Assembly: GCF_009914755.1 (NCBI RefSeq)
Contig: NC_060928.1
DNA: 64,000 bases
Source of the DNA: the human T2T-CHM13v2.0 reference genome, Homo sapiens
Direction: 5' to 3' (one strand)
Both the position numbers and the translations under genes were made by a program. Shown in pieces: positions 27,940 to 42,899 of the stretch (its first letter is position 1; each line of letters opens with the position of its first letter). The notes under the pieces are model-generated. The model did no database searches. It was not told the origin of the DNA and saw only the letters and a program-made list of their open reading frames with translations.

Positions 27940-28471
27940 TGTCTCAGTCAGTTCGAATTGCTATAAGAAACATATTAATACCATAGACAGGGTGGCTTAA
28001 ACAACAGACAGTTATTTCACACAACTCTGAAGGCTGAGAAGTCCAAGGTTAAAGTGCCAACTAATTTGATTTCTAATGAGGGCTCTCTTCCTGATTTGCA
28101 GAGGGATATTGTTTTTCTATATCTGCATATAGCACAAAAAGAAAGGAGTAGCAAACTCTCTTATGTTTCTTATTATAAAGGCACTAATCCCATTATGAAG
28201 GCAGAGCCCTCACCACCTTCTTCACTGACAAAGGCCCCATCTCCAGGGGCATGTCAATAGTGATTATCTTCATAATTGATTCTTTAGATTACAGCAAATT
28301 CAGATGAGATTATGACTTAAAGAGAAGAATAAATGTAACTCCAAGATTAATAAGGTGACTTATTGGGGTTCTTCCTTTGAGGATAGGTTTTATAAGTGAA
28401 AAGCATATTCACATTGGGGATTAGGATTTCAACCTATGAATTTTATGGGGAGAGACATTCAGTCTGTAACA
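27940..28471 (-). mobile_element. MLT1A-type LTR carrying a 162-bp foreign insert
   Basis: GGGTGGCTTAAACAACAGA, GGCACTAATCCCATT, AAGGCCCCATCTCC..CACATTGGGGATTAGGATTTCAAC. Confidence 0.88.
28248..28409 (+). repeat. Copy A of a 162-bp dispersed direct repeat (partner 31270-31431)
   Basis: Ungapped alignment, 6 mismatches in 162 bp by eye. Confidence 0.95.
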
Positions 28472-29697
28472 CTCTTAGGCAAATAAGTATGTTTTTTCAT
28501 CAAGAAACATTTTTCTTACATTTTCTTCTTTCTTACTAGACCCTGGGAGGTTGAGACACTAAGTGATTATGACCACATTGACTTGCTGACCATTGAGACA
28601 CAAAGCCATAAAAGTGTTGTTCACAGAAGCACCGCATGATGAAGTAGAAGTGGTACCTATGACCCGCAGTGTGAGATATCCCTGAAGGAGTAAGTTACGT
28701 AGTCACGTGGCTCACACATTCAATGTATCTTCCCCTGACACACTCACTTGTCTCTATAAGCCCCATAAGCCTACACAATAACTTCATGGGGAACTCCTCA
28801 GGAAACCTGATTTATAAGTGGTTTCAAGCAATATACAAGTACCAGAGGAAATAGGATGACCAACGTTACAGCCCCACATAGGAAAGATTCTGTATGAAAG
28901 AAAAATCTTCGCAATGTCAAAATATCTTGTAGTTCACTTTATCTGAAAATAAAACCTTCAGAAATATGGAAGAACATTCATCTGCTGGCCATAATTAACA
29001 GTTTGACTAGATGGCCAAAAATTTTGAAAGGATAGAGTTAGAAGCATGATGACAAGAAGCATTGATAAGCCATGTGTGGAAAGACTTTTCAACATAGACC
29101 AGAATCTCAGAATATTTGTTACACAGAAATTCTTACAAAATAGCGCCGGCTATAGAGACCTCATACGGTGAATAGAAATGATCCATTCTCTGGATGTCAT
29201 TCCTCCTTCAGTCACCCTGCTTCTTGTCAACATATCTATAAAATAAGTAGTTGCTATGACAGGGATGAAAGTTGGACATGGTGCAAAAATTTGGACTTTT
29301 CAATCCAAAGCTTATGTAGTCTGTCTTACTGCTAAGCACAGTCCTACATAACAGAACTGGAGGTGAACCCCACCATAGCACTATCTTTTAGGAATATTAG
29401 TAAATGATCTAGTGCTAGTTTGCTTACATTAAACCACTTTCATTATGTCAGGACGAGCAACTTGTCCTCATTAAAACAGTCACTTATTCTGCATGTAGGT
29501 TTGCCCATCATGCTGATATGCTTTTGCCAGAAGAACAATCTGAGAACTAATAAAAGTCCATATGCACCTCTACAGTGTCCCACACAACATTGTTTCTGAG
29601 CATGGATTTTGTGTTACAGTAAAAGAACTGAGGCAGTGGCAAACTGAGGCCGTGTTTCCTTATAACCCATCGATCTGAAATAATTAGAATAATTATT

Positions 29698-29812
29698 ACA
29701 ATGGAATAAAGTACTGAAGATACAATTACAGTACAATAGAATAAAGTAATGAAGATACAATTATGGAATAAACTACAGCACAATGGAATAAAGTACTGAA
29801 GATACAATTATG
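29698..29812. repeat. Triplicated ~30-bp unit (CAATGGAATAAAGTACTGAAGATACAATTA)
   Basis: Three copies plus a partial one visible. Confidence 0.9.
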
Positions 29813-30266
29813 ACTCCTGTTGGAGGACGCTACCTTGCAGTCTTTGGGTCTTGTTTCACAGAAGGCAGAATATACCCAGAGTTATGTATACAATTCAGAG
29901 TTCTGTGTTTTCGTGGCTCCATTTGGCTGGTAACCAAAGTTTGAAAGTGTAAGTGCCACATCTCTCTATTACAGCCAATTACATTCTCATAAATATTATT
30001 GTCTTTCATTCCTGATGGCTTTGGATTTTTTTAGTTTGCATTCCTAGTATCCAAGGAATAAATGCTTTGCATCAGGAGATTAATAATGGGTCAGTTGAGG
30101 TGGAAGTTAAAATGTCACTTTACTATTTTGCATATTTTATGCCAGTGAGGTAACACTCCAAGTTATAGCTACTTTATAGTTACTGACCTTTATTATCAAG
30201 GCAAGTGGGATTACTACTACAAAATGGAAACATGGAGGAGTAAAATAGACCAAAAGGAAATTCTAT

Positions 30267-30645
30267 TGCTATGGACAGAGTTGTGTGCCTTAAATTTGTT
30301 GAAACCCTGATCCCCTATGTGACTCTGTTTCGAGAGGGGGCCATTAAGAAGGGAACTAGGGTTAAATGAGGTCATAAGGTCTAATCCTATAGAACTTGTT
30401 TCCTTATAAGAAGAGGAGAAACCAGAGATCTCTCTCTCTCTTTCTCTAAATGTGAACAGAGAAACGACCATGTTAGGACACAGCAAGATGACTACAAGCC
30501 AGGAAAAGAGGCCTCCTTAGAAACCGTCCTGATGGAGCTTGATCTTGGACATCTAGTTTTTAAAACGGTGAAAAAAATTAATTTCTGTTGTTTAAGACAC
30601 TCAGTCTGTGGAATTTTTCTAAGGCAGCCCTACCAGACTGATACA
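30267..30645 (+). mobile_element. MLT1B-like LTR
   Basis: GTTAAATGAGGTCATAAGG, CCTTATAAGAAGAGGAGA, TTTCTGTTGTTTAAG; TG..CA ends. Confidence 0.85.
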
Positions 30646-30777
30646 CCAATGTGGGAAAGTTTACAATGCTTTAGAGCAAGTAGAAATGAAAGTTTGGGTA
30701 ACCCCATCCAGTATAGCTTATTAGACAATTCAAGTACCGGCTAAGAGCAAAATAAAAATGTAATAAATGGTGTAGAA

Positions 30778-31254
<477 letters not shown>

Positions 31255-31269
31255 TTATATTTTATAAAA

Positions 31270-31431
31270 GGCATGTCAATAGTGATTATCTTCATAATCG
31301 ATTCCTTAGATTACAGCAAATTCAGATGAGATTGTGACTTAAAGAGAAGAATAAATGTAACTCCAAAATTAATAAGGTGACTTATTGGGTTTCTTCCTTT
31401 GAGGATAGGTTTTATAAGTTAAAAGCATATT
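31270..31431 (+). repeat. Copy B (probable donor) of the 162-bp direct repeat
   Basis: Aligns to 28248-28409. Confidence 0.95.
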
Positions 31432-33361
31432 ATTCTTTTGGGGAGGGCTTACATGAGGTATAGGAATATTTCATTTTGTTCTCATTTTATTTCCATTTTT
31501 TTTTTAAATGTAGGTGAATGAATGTATGTGTAGATGATGAATTAGCAAAAGAAGAGTTCTAAAGGATGAGGGAAATGCATTTAGGAAAAGTTAGCCTTCA
31601 TTCCATACCCTTAATTGGTGAACTTTTGTGTTAAGAAGAGACAGAAATGCCAACAGTTACATTTCTAGACTCTCCTTCAGCTGGCTTTCCAAATGCAAGT
31701 CAGCTTCTGCCACTTGTATATACTAGAGTGAGACTCCTAGGAGGAATATGAAGTGGAATATCACTTTTCGGATTATTTTATTTCTATTCTTAAAGAAAAG
31801 ACATAAAATCCTGAATGGCAAAAGCCAGCTATGGTGGTAGTTTTATTAAGCATTCATTGTTTAGCCACTAGCTTTGTTTGAGTTGAGGGGATTTGTGATT
31901 ATATGGTATTCTGATCCCTGGATCAGAGTGAGAGTGTATCAGCTTGGACAAGGTTGTATTACTGGAATCCTCCTGACTCCAACTCCTCTAGTGCTTCCAG
32001 TGATTTTATAAGCAGTTATTTTCTACTATTAAACATACTTCTGCTTAAAATATTATTGATTGTTTCATTTTCCTGCACAGAACTCTAAATGACACAAATC
32101 TTCCCCCACAGAAAAATTGAATTGTCATAACCCCCTGCCCCCTGAAAAATAAATAGATATGGGCAAAAAGTACAATTCAAATCAGAAATAAAATATTTTT
32201 ATTATTGTAGTACTTAAATGACTCACATTTAAATTTGTCAGCACCTTCTCTGAGCAGGTGAAAGAGAAAGTCTCTTAAGAATGCCTTCTATATATTCTGG
32301 AAAAAAAAAATACCTGGGGTAACTAGGAGGCAGTCACTTGTTGAGTAAATGGTGTGACAAGAGAGTTTATGCCTTATGAAGAAATGTGGTTCTTTACATT
32401 GCTTGGAATAATAGTCTTTTCCTGGGGGATAAGTGGATAATTCACATATAGAACAAGAGGTCTCCTGGAAGGAAAAGAGAGTATACTCTGACCCTTCCAT
32501 TGGAAGTTTAACTGCATTAGGCTGTACCAGGAGTAAAACATCCCAGCTCAAGAGAAAGGATGCTAATTCGTTTTGAAACAGAATTCAAATTGAGAGTTGA
32601 GGAAGGCCCACTGGTGACCTCGACCCAAGACATGCACCTCCATGGTCCATGATAGGGGCAGGGCTGTCTCTAGCTGGAGAAGAATGCTAGTTATCCTGTG
32701 AGTCTAGAAAGTTGATTTTTGATCCATTTTAAATTTTAGTATTAAAACAGATGTGCTGCTCTTTGCTCTCCAGTTAGAAGTAAGCAGGTCTTGTGAAGTC
32801 ATAGTATCTTCAAGATGCTTTAGAGCCCAGTTATGTATGATTAGGGAATGATTTCAGCACTGAGACTAACATTGATAAAAGTGATATCAACATGTGTAAT
32901 ACAGTCTTAACTTTTTCTATGACTCTTGGGACTCATTCAATCCTGGCTAGAAGGTAGGATAGATGAATAAATGGAGGCAAGAGTTAATAACTAGCTTGTC
33001 TGAGGTTGTAGATAAGTAGGGAGAAAATTAGGCAGAGCAACCAGGTTTCCTGATTACCATCTCTGTGATCTCTCTACTGTCCCATTTAGTTAAGAGGTAA
33101 GAATCTTTTGTCTGACAGCTCTGACAATCCTTATGTTGCCTTGTATTCACTGTGTGACCTGGGGAAAAAATGTTTAGTTTCCCTAAACCTCAAAGTCTTC
33201 CCAAATTAAATGAATAAATGAAGCTAACTACCTATTTTTCCTTTAATAGAATCTATTAGTTTCTTACCAGGATAGTCTCTTTGTCATCTCGATACATATC
33301 TCAAGCAACTTACTTCAAGCAAGACTTCCTCCTGAAAATCTTCCCCTTCCTTACATTACCC

Positions 33362-33731
33362 TGTATTTGTCTGTTCTTGCACTGCTGTAAGGAAATACCT
33401 GAGACTGGGCTTTTATAAAGAAAGGTTTAGTTGGCTCATGGTTCTGCAGGCTGTAAAGGAAGCATAGTGGCTTCTGCTTCTGGGGAGGCCTCAGAAAACT
33501 TACAATCATGGTGGAAGGCAAATCATGGGAACCAGGCACATTTTACACGGCTAGAGAAGAAACAAGGGGGGCAGGAGGTGCCGCACACTTCAAAACAACC
33601 AGACGTGAGAACAGTACCAAGGGGACACTGCTAAATCATGATCCAATCACCTCCCACCAGGCCCCACCTCCAACATTGGGGATAAAATTCAACAAGAGAT
33701 TTGGGCGGGGACACAGATTCAAATCATATCA
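33362..33731 (-). mobile_element. MSTA-like MaLR LTR
   Basis: GGCTCATGGTTCTGCAGGCTGT, CTTCTGGGGAGGCCTCAG, CACCTCCCACCAGGCCCCACCTCCAACA; TSD TACCC/CACCC. Confidence 0.9.
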
Positions 33732-33751
33732 CACCCCCAATAGCGTAACTT

Positions 33752-33895
33752 TCTGTTCGTTTATTATTTCATTCAAAACCTATAAGACATCTACTATGTG
33801 TCATATGCATTAATAGGTGTGAGAGATACATTACAAAGCATAATCATATACTCATCCAGCTCTCATAGAAACTATAATCTGGTCGGGGAAATAAG
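33752..33895 (-). mobile_element. L2 3' end fragment
   Basis: TTCATTCAAAA..CATCTACTATGTGTCA..CTCTCATAGAAACTATAATCTGGT. Confidence 0.6.
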
Positions 33896-35346
33896 TTAAA
33901 ATGTATGCCAGTGTTATTCAAAGCACTGGTAGTAGCTCTTAGAAGACAGTTTGGTAATTTCAGAATACCAGCTTAGCCTTGTTAGGAATTGCCTCAGCAC
34001 AAGAGAGACTTCTTACTCAAAGGTTACAACCTTTCTGCACTGTATCATATTGATGAAGGCACAGTCATTGTGGCCCAAAGTATGATAACCCTTAAGGGTC
34101 ATTTTAGCTCCAGAGTTCCATGTAGGGTTGGTCTGGGCTCTGACAGATCTCATATCACAGCTCCACTTCTCCCTTCTCCAGAACTACTGATCCCTAATAA
34201 ATTAGGGTATTTCCTAATAAATGTCCTGCATGCTACATTCTGTCTCTTTCAGGTCTGTTTCCCAGAGACTCTGAATTATGAGGGTTGGTAACAGGTGCAG
34301 CCTGAGATTAGACAATAATGTGGGTGTTGGAGTTGGATCCCTTATTACACAACTGGCAATGTAAGAGAACATAGGTAACTCTTCTTCCAGGTAACTATCT
34401 AATTGTTAAAAATCTCACTGGTGTTGAACTGGAATGGTATATAAAAGGGAATGAACAAGCTGATGGAGAAATCAGAACTATAAAAATGATGGTATTTGGT
34501 TGATTTTGCTAATTTCTATTGAAGATCTAGGAAACTATAAATAAAGGCTGAAAATATAGAAAATTCAAAGCTACATGTAAAAAACAGAAGGTCGCCTTAG
34601 TAGCATACAAGGAAAGTCTCATCTGCACTGAGAGGATTAAAAAACTGAGCACTTGTCCAGGATCTACCTTCAGCGAAATCTATATCTAAAAAAGGCTATA
34701 CTCAGTAATGCAGGTGTGTTTTTGCTGTTTTTGTGGGGTTTTTTTTCATTTTTTTGTTTGTTTGTTTTGCTACAGGAATTGCTCCCAGAAACATAAAGAA
34801 AATTATGGCCGATGTTAAGTGTGGTTGACCTGATGGAATTGACAAAGCAGACAGTGCGGGAGGGAATTGACTCAAGGAAGGGGTCATGTTGGAGCAAATG
34901 AACTAAGTAAAGCTGAGTACCTACCAAGTGGTGAATCTAATTCAAGGGGAAGTTGTGCAGTTTAGAACAGTTACCAAGCCCATAGACAATACCCTGGTGA
35001 TAGGGCCACCAGCATCATTGAAATGTTTTCTGGTGCCTCTCATCTGTGAACCAGGACTGATGGTAAAATTTTGTTGTAGTGCTTGGCTCTTTGATACCAA
35101 TGGGACAGTATTATCTTGAGAAAACAGGGACTATGTGGCAATGCTTGACTGCCAAGAGCCAGGTGTTTTCAATTATTGTAATGACCAGTAAGGTTAGAGT
35201 AGCAGCTACAGTGTCCTAACCCATAGATAATACAGCACAGCTTTATTAGTGTAAAAATATATCATCAGATAGCAAAGGTGGTTCTCAGCTTGCACCATGA
35301 GAAGAATAAAAGACAGGCTATTAAAGAATTAAAGGCAGTCATCAAT

Positions 35347-35755
35347 TATATTACTTTCCAAGAGCTGCCACAATTTTCCACCAACTGAGTGGCTTAAAAC
35401 GACAGAAATTTATTCTCTCCTAGTTTCAGAGGCCAGAAGTTCAAAAAAACTAAGGTTCTGAGAGCGAATCTGTTCCAGGCCTCTCTCCTGGCTTCCACTT
35501 TTACAGGCAATCCTTTGCATTCCTTGGCTTGTAGACACATTCATCTCTGCCTCCATCTTCAGGTGACTTCTTCTCTGTGTGTATTTACATAGTCTTATCT
35601 TCTTAAAAAGACATCAGTCATTGGATTTAGGCCCACCCTAATTAATTATGACCTCATCTTAACTAAAAACTTCTTCAAAGACTGTTTTCTAAGGATACAT
35701 TCTGAGGTTTTAGATGGGCATTAACTGTGGAGCAAGCACTACTCAACTTAGTACA
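35347..35755 (-). mobile_element. MLT1C-like LTR
   Basis: GTGGCTTAAAACGACAGAAATTTATTCTCTC, CAGTCATTGGATTTAGGCCCACCCTAAT; TSD TCAAT/CCAAT. Confidence 0.85.
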
Positions 35756-36263
35756 CCAATAACACATTAAACCCCTTGCTGCTTTCAGAACTAAGCCAGT
35801 TCTCAGTCCAGAGTCTATTGTTTGAAGAGGAGGTCATTTTTCACAAAGTAAGCCCTGAAAGACCAATGGTAAGTGTACATGTTAGTAACTCTCTCCATCC
35901 TCTCCACAATGGATGTATAGCATATATTCAGATAACTGTACACTGTGTTAAGGGGAATTCCCAAACATTTTCAAGAATGACATGAATAGGGTCTGGGGAG
36001 ACACTGATATGTGAGAACTGAAAAGCTACCATGAGCCCTCGAGGGTGTTATGGGGATCAGGTAATTAATGCTGGCTAAGGTCTGACTCTCAATGGGTCCA
36101 CTAGATCTGGAGAGTCATGCAGGAATATTTTCTTGGTCCTCAGATGTATAATTGGAATAGACATATTCGGTAGTTGGTTTAACCTCACATGGACTCCTTG
36201 ACCTCCAGGTTAGGGCATATAATAGTGCAGATGGCTAAGTGGAAGCATCTGAAACCACACCTC

Positions 36264-36646
36264 TGCGACGGTTTAAATGTTCCTGCCAAAACTCATGTTA
36301 AAATTTAATTTCCAATATAATGGAATTGGGGGCAGTGTCTATAAGAGGTGATTAGGTCAGGGGCCAAGCTCTCATGAATGATTCAAGGCCATTGTCATGG
36401 GAATGGGCTCCTGACAAATGATGAGTTTGGCCTGATTTTTTCTCTCTCTCTCTCTCTCATACCTGTACTCACACATATGCTTCCTTGCCATGTGATGTCT
36501 TCCCCATGGGATGACTCTCACCCAGTGTTGGCATGAGGCTCTTGGACTTCCCAGTCTCCAGAGCCACCAGCCAAAAAAATTTATGTGTATTATAAATTAC
36601 CCCATCTGTGATGCTCTGTTATAGTAGCAGAAAACTGATTAGAACA
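36264..36646 (+). mobile_element. MST-family (MSTC/D-like) LTR
   Basis: CAAAACTCATGTTAAAATTTAATT, CTTGGACTTCCCAGTCTCCAGA, TATAAATTACCC. Confidence 0.8.
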
Positions 36647-36917
36647 ACTTTCCTCTACCAGACAAGGGCCTAAATAAAATTTAAAAAAATTCTGGGAATG
36701 GGGACAGAATTAGTGTCACACTTAAAGTTCTATAGGTTGCAAGGAATGTAGCCCCTGTCAGATCTCTATTTAATTCCTTGCATGGCACCTGTAGAAATGA
36801 GATAGTTTCTCAAGAATGAAAGTAGACTACTGCAGCTGCTGTGTCAGATGTGATATCTTTGCAAGGGCTCATTACCTCAGACTCAGGTACATGGTAAATG
36901 ATTATAGCTTCGGATGA

Positions 36918-36944
36918 TGTGTGTGTGTGTGTGTGTGTGCGCGC
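36918..36944. repeat. (TG)n(CG)n microsatellite
   Basis: Directly visible. Confidence 0.9.
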
Positions 36945-37250
36945 ACTTAATTCTTGCCAAGATATGGAATCAAGAATGGTTCACAATCACCAAGCGGGGA
37001 TGTTCTTGGCCAGGGCTATGTGAACTCTCATGTTCTCTGTCATAAGAAGTCCAAAGAGAAATGGACCATCTGGGTATTATACATACCACATTCATGCATT
37101 ATGGCAGAGATATTATGCTAATTGCACCAGATGATCAAGAAGCATTTATTCTATTAAATGAATTGCTAGGAATGTGCATTCCAGAGGGTAAATGATAAGC
37201 TTCAAGAAATTTCAGAGGCCTCTCATATTAAGAAATATTCGACAACTCAG

Positions 37251-37900
<650 letters not shown>

Positions 37901-40249
37901 TGAGCTAGATTCTGCCAGATCCACCAGTCTGTAAAGTAGAGTGAAACCAGACCAGTGTTTTATAAATGTAAGAATTACGTGAAGAATCAAGCACAAGCAT
38001 GACCAGAGACACTAGCAAGCTGCATGAGCAGGTAGCTTCTACCCTCATAGCCGCCTCCATAGTTGAGCCAGTGTTTCTCTCACAGCCTGCACCTGTGGTC
38101 ATCTATGGGCGATCCCTACAACCAGCTGACAGAAGAGGAGCTTGGTCTATGGATGTGTCATTTCAGTACATGGCTTTAAGCAGAAAATGGACTGCAGCTG
38201 CATTACAGACTAACACTAGGATGGTGAGGGAAAATCTTCCCAATAGTTAGAGATGCGTGCCAAGAACCTGATCATCCATGTTGTGTAGACAGAAAAGCTG
38301 CATTACATTTGGATATTTATAGCCTCCTCTGTAGTTGCTAGTGAGCAGGCTTTCTTCTCAGGGGCCTCCTGGAAGGAAGAAGATCAGAAGATTGGGAACA
38401 AGGCAGTTTGGGTCTAGAGACACAACTATAAATGGAATGGGAGTGGGTAACTAGCATAAAAAAACTTTGTATCATCTTTGAGTGTCCACTGAATAACAGT
38501 CATTATGTAAGAGGCAATAAACAACAAATTCAATAAAATGAATCAGCTTGCTGATATCAGTCAGCCTTTATCTTTGGCTGCCCAGTGCTGTGCTGGCACC
38601 ATGATACATAAACAAAGCATCCATGATAGCAGACATAGAAACTATGCATGTATCTTGTAGTATGTGCTTGCATTTTCAGATTGAATTTTCAGCCTATTAG
38701 CAGCAGAGACCAAGGCTGAGCCCTGATTTTGTTTAATTCCTCTAAGAGACCATTCAGTCACCTGGCGACCAGTTGACCACACTGCATTCCTTCCACCCTA
38801 GAAGGATCAGTAATTAATTCTGATAGGAGTAAATACATATTTGGAGTAAAGATTTTCTTTCCTGCCTTGAAGACCTAGCCAGCACAATTATCTGATGGTT
38901 TTTCCAAGTATTTAATAAACTGGCAAAAGTTACCACCTAACATTGCATCAGGCCAGAGGAATACCTTGCTGCAAAGAATGTGTGGGAATGGGCCATGATC
39001 TAGAAGTGGCCAGACTGATAGAATTTTGGAAACACCTGGTAATGGCGCAGCTAAACTATGAACTTGGAAGAGATATTTTATGAGGATGTGTGAAATAACA
39101 AATGATTCAATATGTACTTAGAATCGATAAATTTCAAACGGTTTATTTTCTCCAGTAGGAAGATGACTCAAGTTCAGGAAACAAGAGGGAACACAGCAAT
39201 AGCCCTGTTAACCGTCACTCTCAATCATCCACTGGAACTCTTTCGCTTTAACCATCTCCACAACTCTGGGTTTTGCATGATTAGATGTCTAGGTCCCCAA
39301 GGACCTAGATACTTCCCACGGGGAACATATTAGGAGTCTTAATTAACTATAAACTATGACTGCCTCCTTGCACTTGCGGTAAATGATCTGGAGTCAAGAA
39401 AATGAGTCATCATCTCTATGCAGATAGGACTGCTGTTGCACACTTAAAGAAGAGACGAATGTAGGGCACTCAAATTGTCTACTGGGGCAGCTCCTGGTAC
39501 TCTCTCGTTCAGCTTTGACCACAAATGGATATGTGTACTGCCCAGGCCTAAAAAGGGCACAATAAGCAGAGTATCAGATGTCTGAGGATCCGAGTCACAT
39601 CATCAACTAAGCCACCAGATTGGTTGAGCTACCAGCTAAAGCTAGAAGACTCTGTCATGAGTAATCAATGAGATAAATATCAGCTGTGATCTCAAAATAA
39701 GCTGAATGGCTACAGATTGCCCCACTTACTTTCTTTTTAAAAGGTTTCTCCAAGGCAAAGAGGCCCACCAGAAATCTGGAGGGCTTGCTCCCTAAGAAGT
39801 AGATTCAAACAATTCTGAAGGTGAACTCTGACGACAAATTATGAGCCTCACAGCTCCCCAACCAGGAGCACTTACTTTCCGACTCCTGGAAGTGCTGTTG
39901 ACAACCCTTCAGGGATTGCCTCAACTGCAGAGAAGGAACATTTCCAAAATCACCCTCTTCCTGAGACAACCTGCAACTAATGACTCATCAAGGCAAGGGT
40001 ATAAAATAACAGCCATTTAAGCCATGTAATGGGCTATTTCGGCTGCAGGGCTTCCCGTGGATTTGGTCAGAGTTGTAGTCAGCACTGCATCGTAATTCCA
40101 CTTCTTCTCTGCTCAAATACTCTCCCTCATCCTTTCTTTCCACAGGTGTTCTACCAAGGACACTCTCTAATAAATGTCCCAATGAGCTCCTCCTCCTCAA
40201 AGCCTGCTTATAGAGAACCCCACCTGTAACACACGCCATAGTCAAACTA

Positions 40250-41940
40250 TGGACGCTGTTTGTTTTTGTCTTCTCTCCTTACCCAGATCAAATTTACTCT
40301 GTAAAACTTCCTGCAATGTGACTTCCACATCTGCCACATTAAAAACTCCTGTCAGGAGAATTACCCATGACTCATTTATGAGTAATACCCAGGACATTTC
40401 AGACCTTATTGATACTTTCTAAAAGTGTCTACAACAGTTGACTCCTTCCTCTTTTTTTTTTTACTTGAGACGGAGTCTCGCTCTGTTGCCCAGGCTGGAG
40501 TGCAGTGGCACAATCTCGGATCATTGCAATCTCCATCTCCCAGGTTCAAGATGATTCTCCTGCCTCAGCCTCCTGAGTAGCTGAGATTACAGGCATGTTC
40601 CACCATACCCAGCTGATTTTTGTATTCTTAGTAGAGACGGGGTTTCACCATGTTGGCCAGGCTGGTCTCAAACTCCTGACCTCAGGTGACCCACCCCCAA
40701 CTTGACCTCCCAAAGTGCTGGGATTAAAGGCGTTAGCCACCATGCCCCACCCCTTCCTCTGTTTTAAAATGCACTAATAGCAATCATAACAGCCCATTGC
40801 CTTGGTTTTCCTTCTTTGATTTTTCTCTCTCAGTATTGTTTTCTTAGGAAGACTTCTTGTGTTCTTCTTGTCTTATAAGTCTTAGAATACATTTGCCATG
40901 ATTTTCTTCTCAATTACACTTTCGCTCTGAAGGATCTATTCATTTCTATGTACTCAAGTACAAAGAAGTCTATAGCTCCTTTCTTAAACAGCTAGCTGTC
41001 TGTGTCTGCACTTGGGTATTTCAAAAGCATGTTAACTCATCATGAGCACATCTTCTTCTCCACCCATACACACTGCTGCTTTATTTCCGGTCTTTACCAA
41101 TCACATAGAAGACATTTCCTTGCCCACAGGTTTTCAGGTCAGAAAAATGGGGTGGACACTGTCTTTCCCTCTCTGTTATTGCAACCATGCCCATTCATTT
41201 AGTCACCAGTGCTGTCCTTCACACCTCTTAAATATATCTTATTGAGAATAAAACATTCTGTCCTTTCCCATTTTTTCTTTCTCATTTAACAACCATCCCT
41301 CACTAACTGGTCTCTTTGCTAATGAGCATTCATTATCTTCCTCATAAGAGTCCACAAATGGCCACCAGGTTGGTTCTTCTAAGACACAAAGGAGGAAATA
41401 CCACACCTATGCTTAAAGCTGGACAATGACTTTCTATTATGATGACATAAACATCTCCTGACTGGCTCAGGAGATGTTCAAAGTCTAGCCCCTACCTTCT
41501 TGTCTAGCTTCTTATGCCACTCTCTATTTACATTTCCTGCCTCAGCCACGCTGAAAGATTTTTGGTTTTAGTTCTTTGAATATTACATTTTATCTCATCA
41601 CTAGGCCCTGCCAAATGCAGTGTGTTCTGCCAGAAACTCTAAATCCATTCCTGTCCTATCTGACTTCTATTCATTCACACATTCAGTATTCCTGTGGTTC
41701 TCTCTGCTTCCAAGAAGCTTTTACTAACCAAATGCAGGTTTTCTTGATGAGGCAGGTTTTCCTGATGAGTGCTCCCATCATTATCCATGATCATAACAAT
41801 CATAGCATTCTTCACACTTCCTTGAGAATTATTCTTCATCTTTCTTCTCTGTTTGGTGAAGAGGGCCATGTCTAACTGGATATTCATAGTATACACTATA
41901 CCTACCAAACTCTTTTTGTTGGGTGAATGAATTAATTATA
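40250..41940 (+). mobile_element. L2 LINE, decayed, including 3' end
   Basis: Pyrimidine-rich L2 ORF2/3'UTR text ending GTTGGGTGAATGAATTAATT. Confidence 0.65.
40453..40751 (-). mobile_element. AluSx-like
   Basis: CTCCTGACCTCAGGTGA; TSD CCTTCCTCT (40444 / 40752). Confidence 0.9.
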
Positions 41941-42027
41941 TCTGTGTTATTCCATTTCTCATGTTGGTACTTTTACCCCTCAATTAAAGTTCCCCTAGCT
42001 TCTCTATAACATGTCTTCTTCCTTTAA

Positions 42028-42563
42028 ATTAGAAATTTAAAGACCACAGTGAAAGCTGAAAAATACTAGGATTTATTTTCCTGGCAAGAAACAAATAACT
42101 CCAGGAGAACATAAGTTTTGATAATAGAAGTTTTAATACTTGGGTCAAGTAAGGAGGACCTGGAGTATTCTCCAAAGCAGTGCCTGCCTCCTCGAAGGAA
42201 AGTGACAGGAAGGTTTTATGGGGTGATGGAGGGGGGAAAGGGTGCATCATCGCATGTAGAGGAGGGGTCCCAGTGGCAAAACCCTAGTGGGTCCTTATGC
42301 CAGCACACAGGTCACATGTTATGATAATGAAGCTATAGCTCCTCCTAAGGTGGAGACTTTAGCATGGTCCTGAGGAAAGTTCACTGAGGTTCATCTATAA
42401 ATTGTTGGGAGTCTGAAAGAGCTGGTTTAAAACAACAAGGAGACTGCATTCCACCCAGGGTTTTGGTGAGTACAGGCTGTAGGCCAGGAGGCTATAAAAC
42501 AGGAGGATTGCTCAGGTGGATTAAATTTCTATAATACCTGGAGCCTCTCTCCATCTGCTTACA
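42028..42563 (-). mobile_element. ERV1-class solo LTR (MER4 group, subfamily uncertain)
   Basis: Reverse strand starts TGTAAGCAGATGGAGAGAGGCTCCAGGTATTATAGAAATTTAATCCACCTGAGCAATC, resembling MER4-group LTR 5' ends. Confidence 0.6.
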
Positions 42564-42839
42564 ATAAAATCTTTAAAACAGCAGTTGTTCATCCTTTGTG
42601 ACATTATCTTTCCAATAGTACATACTCAGTATTTAAGGTTATTTAAAGCAATGCCCAAAAAACTTAAAGGACTAACACTCCAGGGTTATGACTTCTCATA
42701 TCAGGACCACAGTTGTAAACCTAGGCATGTGCTAATTAAATATGGGAACCTAAAAGTACTTTATAAGGAAATTATTAATTTCTTCTCCACATATTTTTAT
42801 TTAGTAGATTCAGATTCAATCTATTATTTCTGACACTCC

Positions 42840-42862
42840 GAGAGAGAGAGAGAGAGAGAGAG

Positions 42863-42896
<34 letters not shown>
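42840..42896. repeat. Compound (AG)n(TG)n microsatellite
   Basis: Directly visible; followed by a duplicated TGTGTGTGTGAATTTCCC. Confidence 0.95.

Positions 42897-42899
<3 letters not shown>

Noticed and set aside
37999-38250. 83-aa ERVL RNaseH-like ORF as a domesticated gene
   Set aside because: Short, catalytic motif degenerate, surrounded by frameshifted and stop-ridden pol
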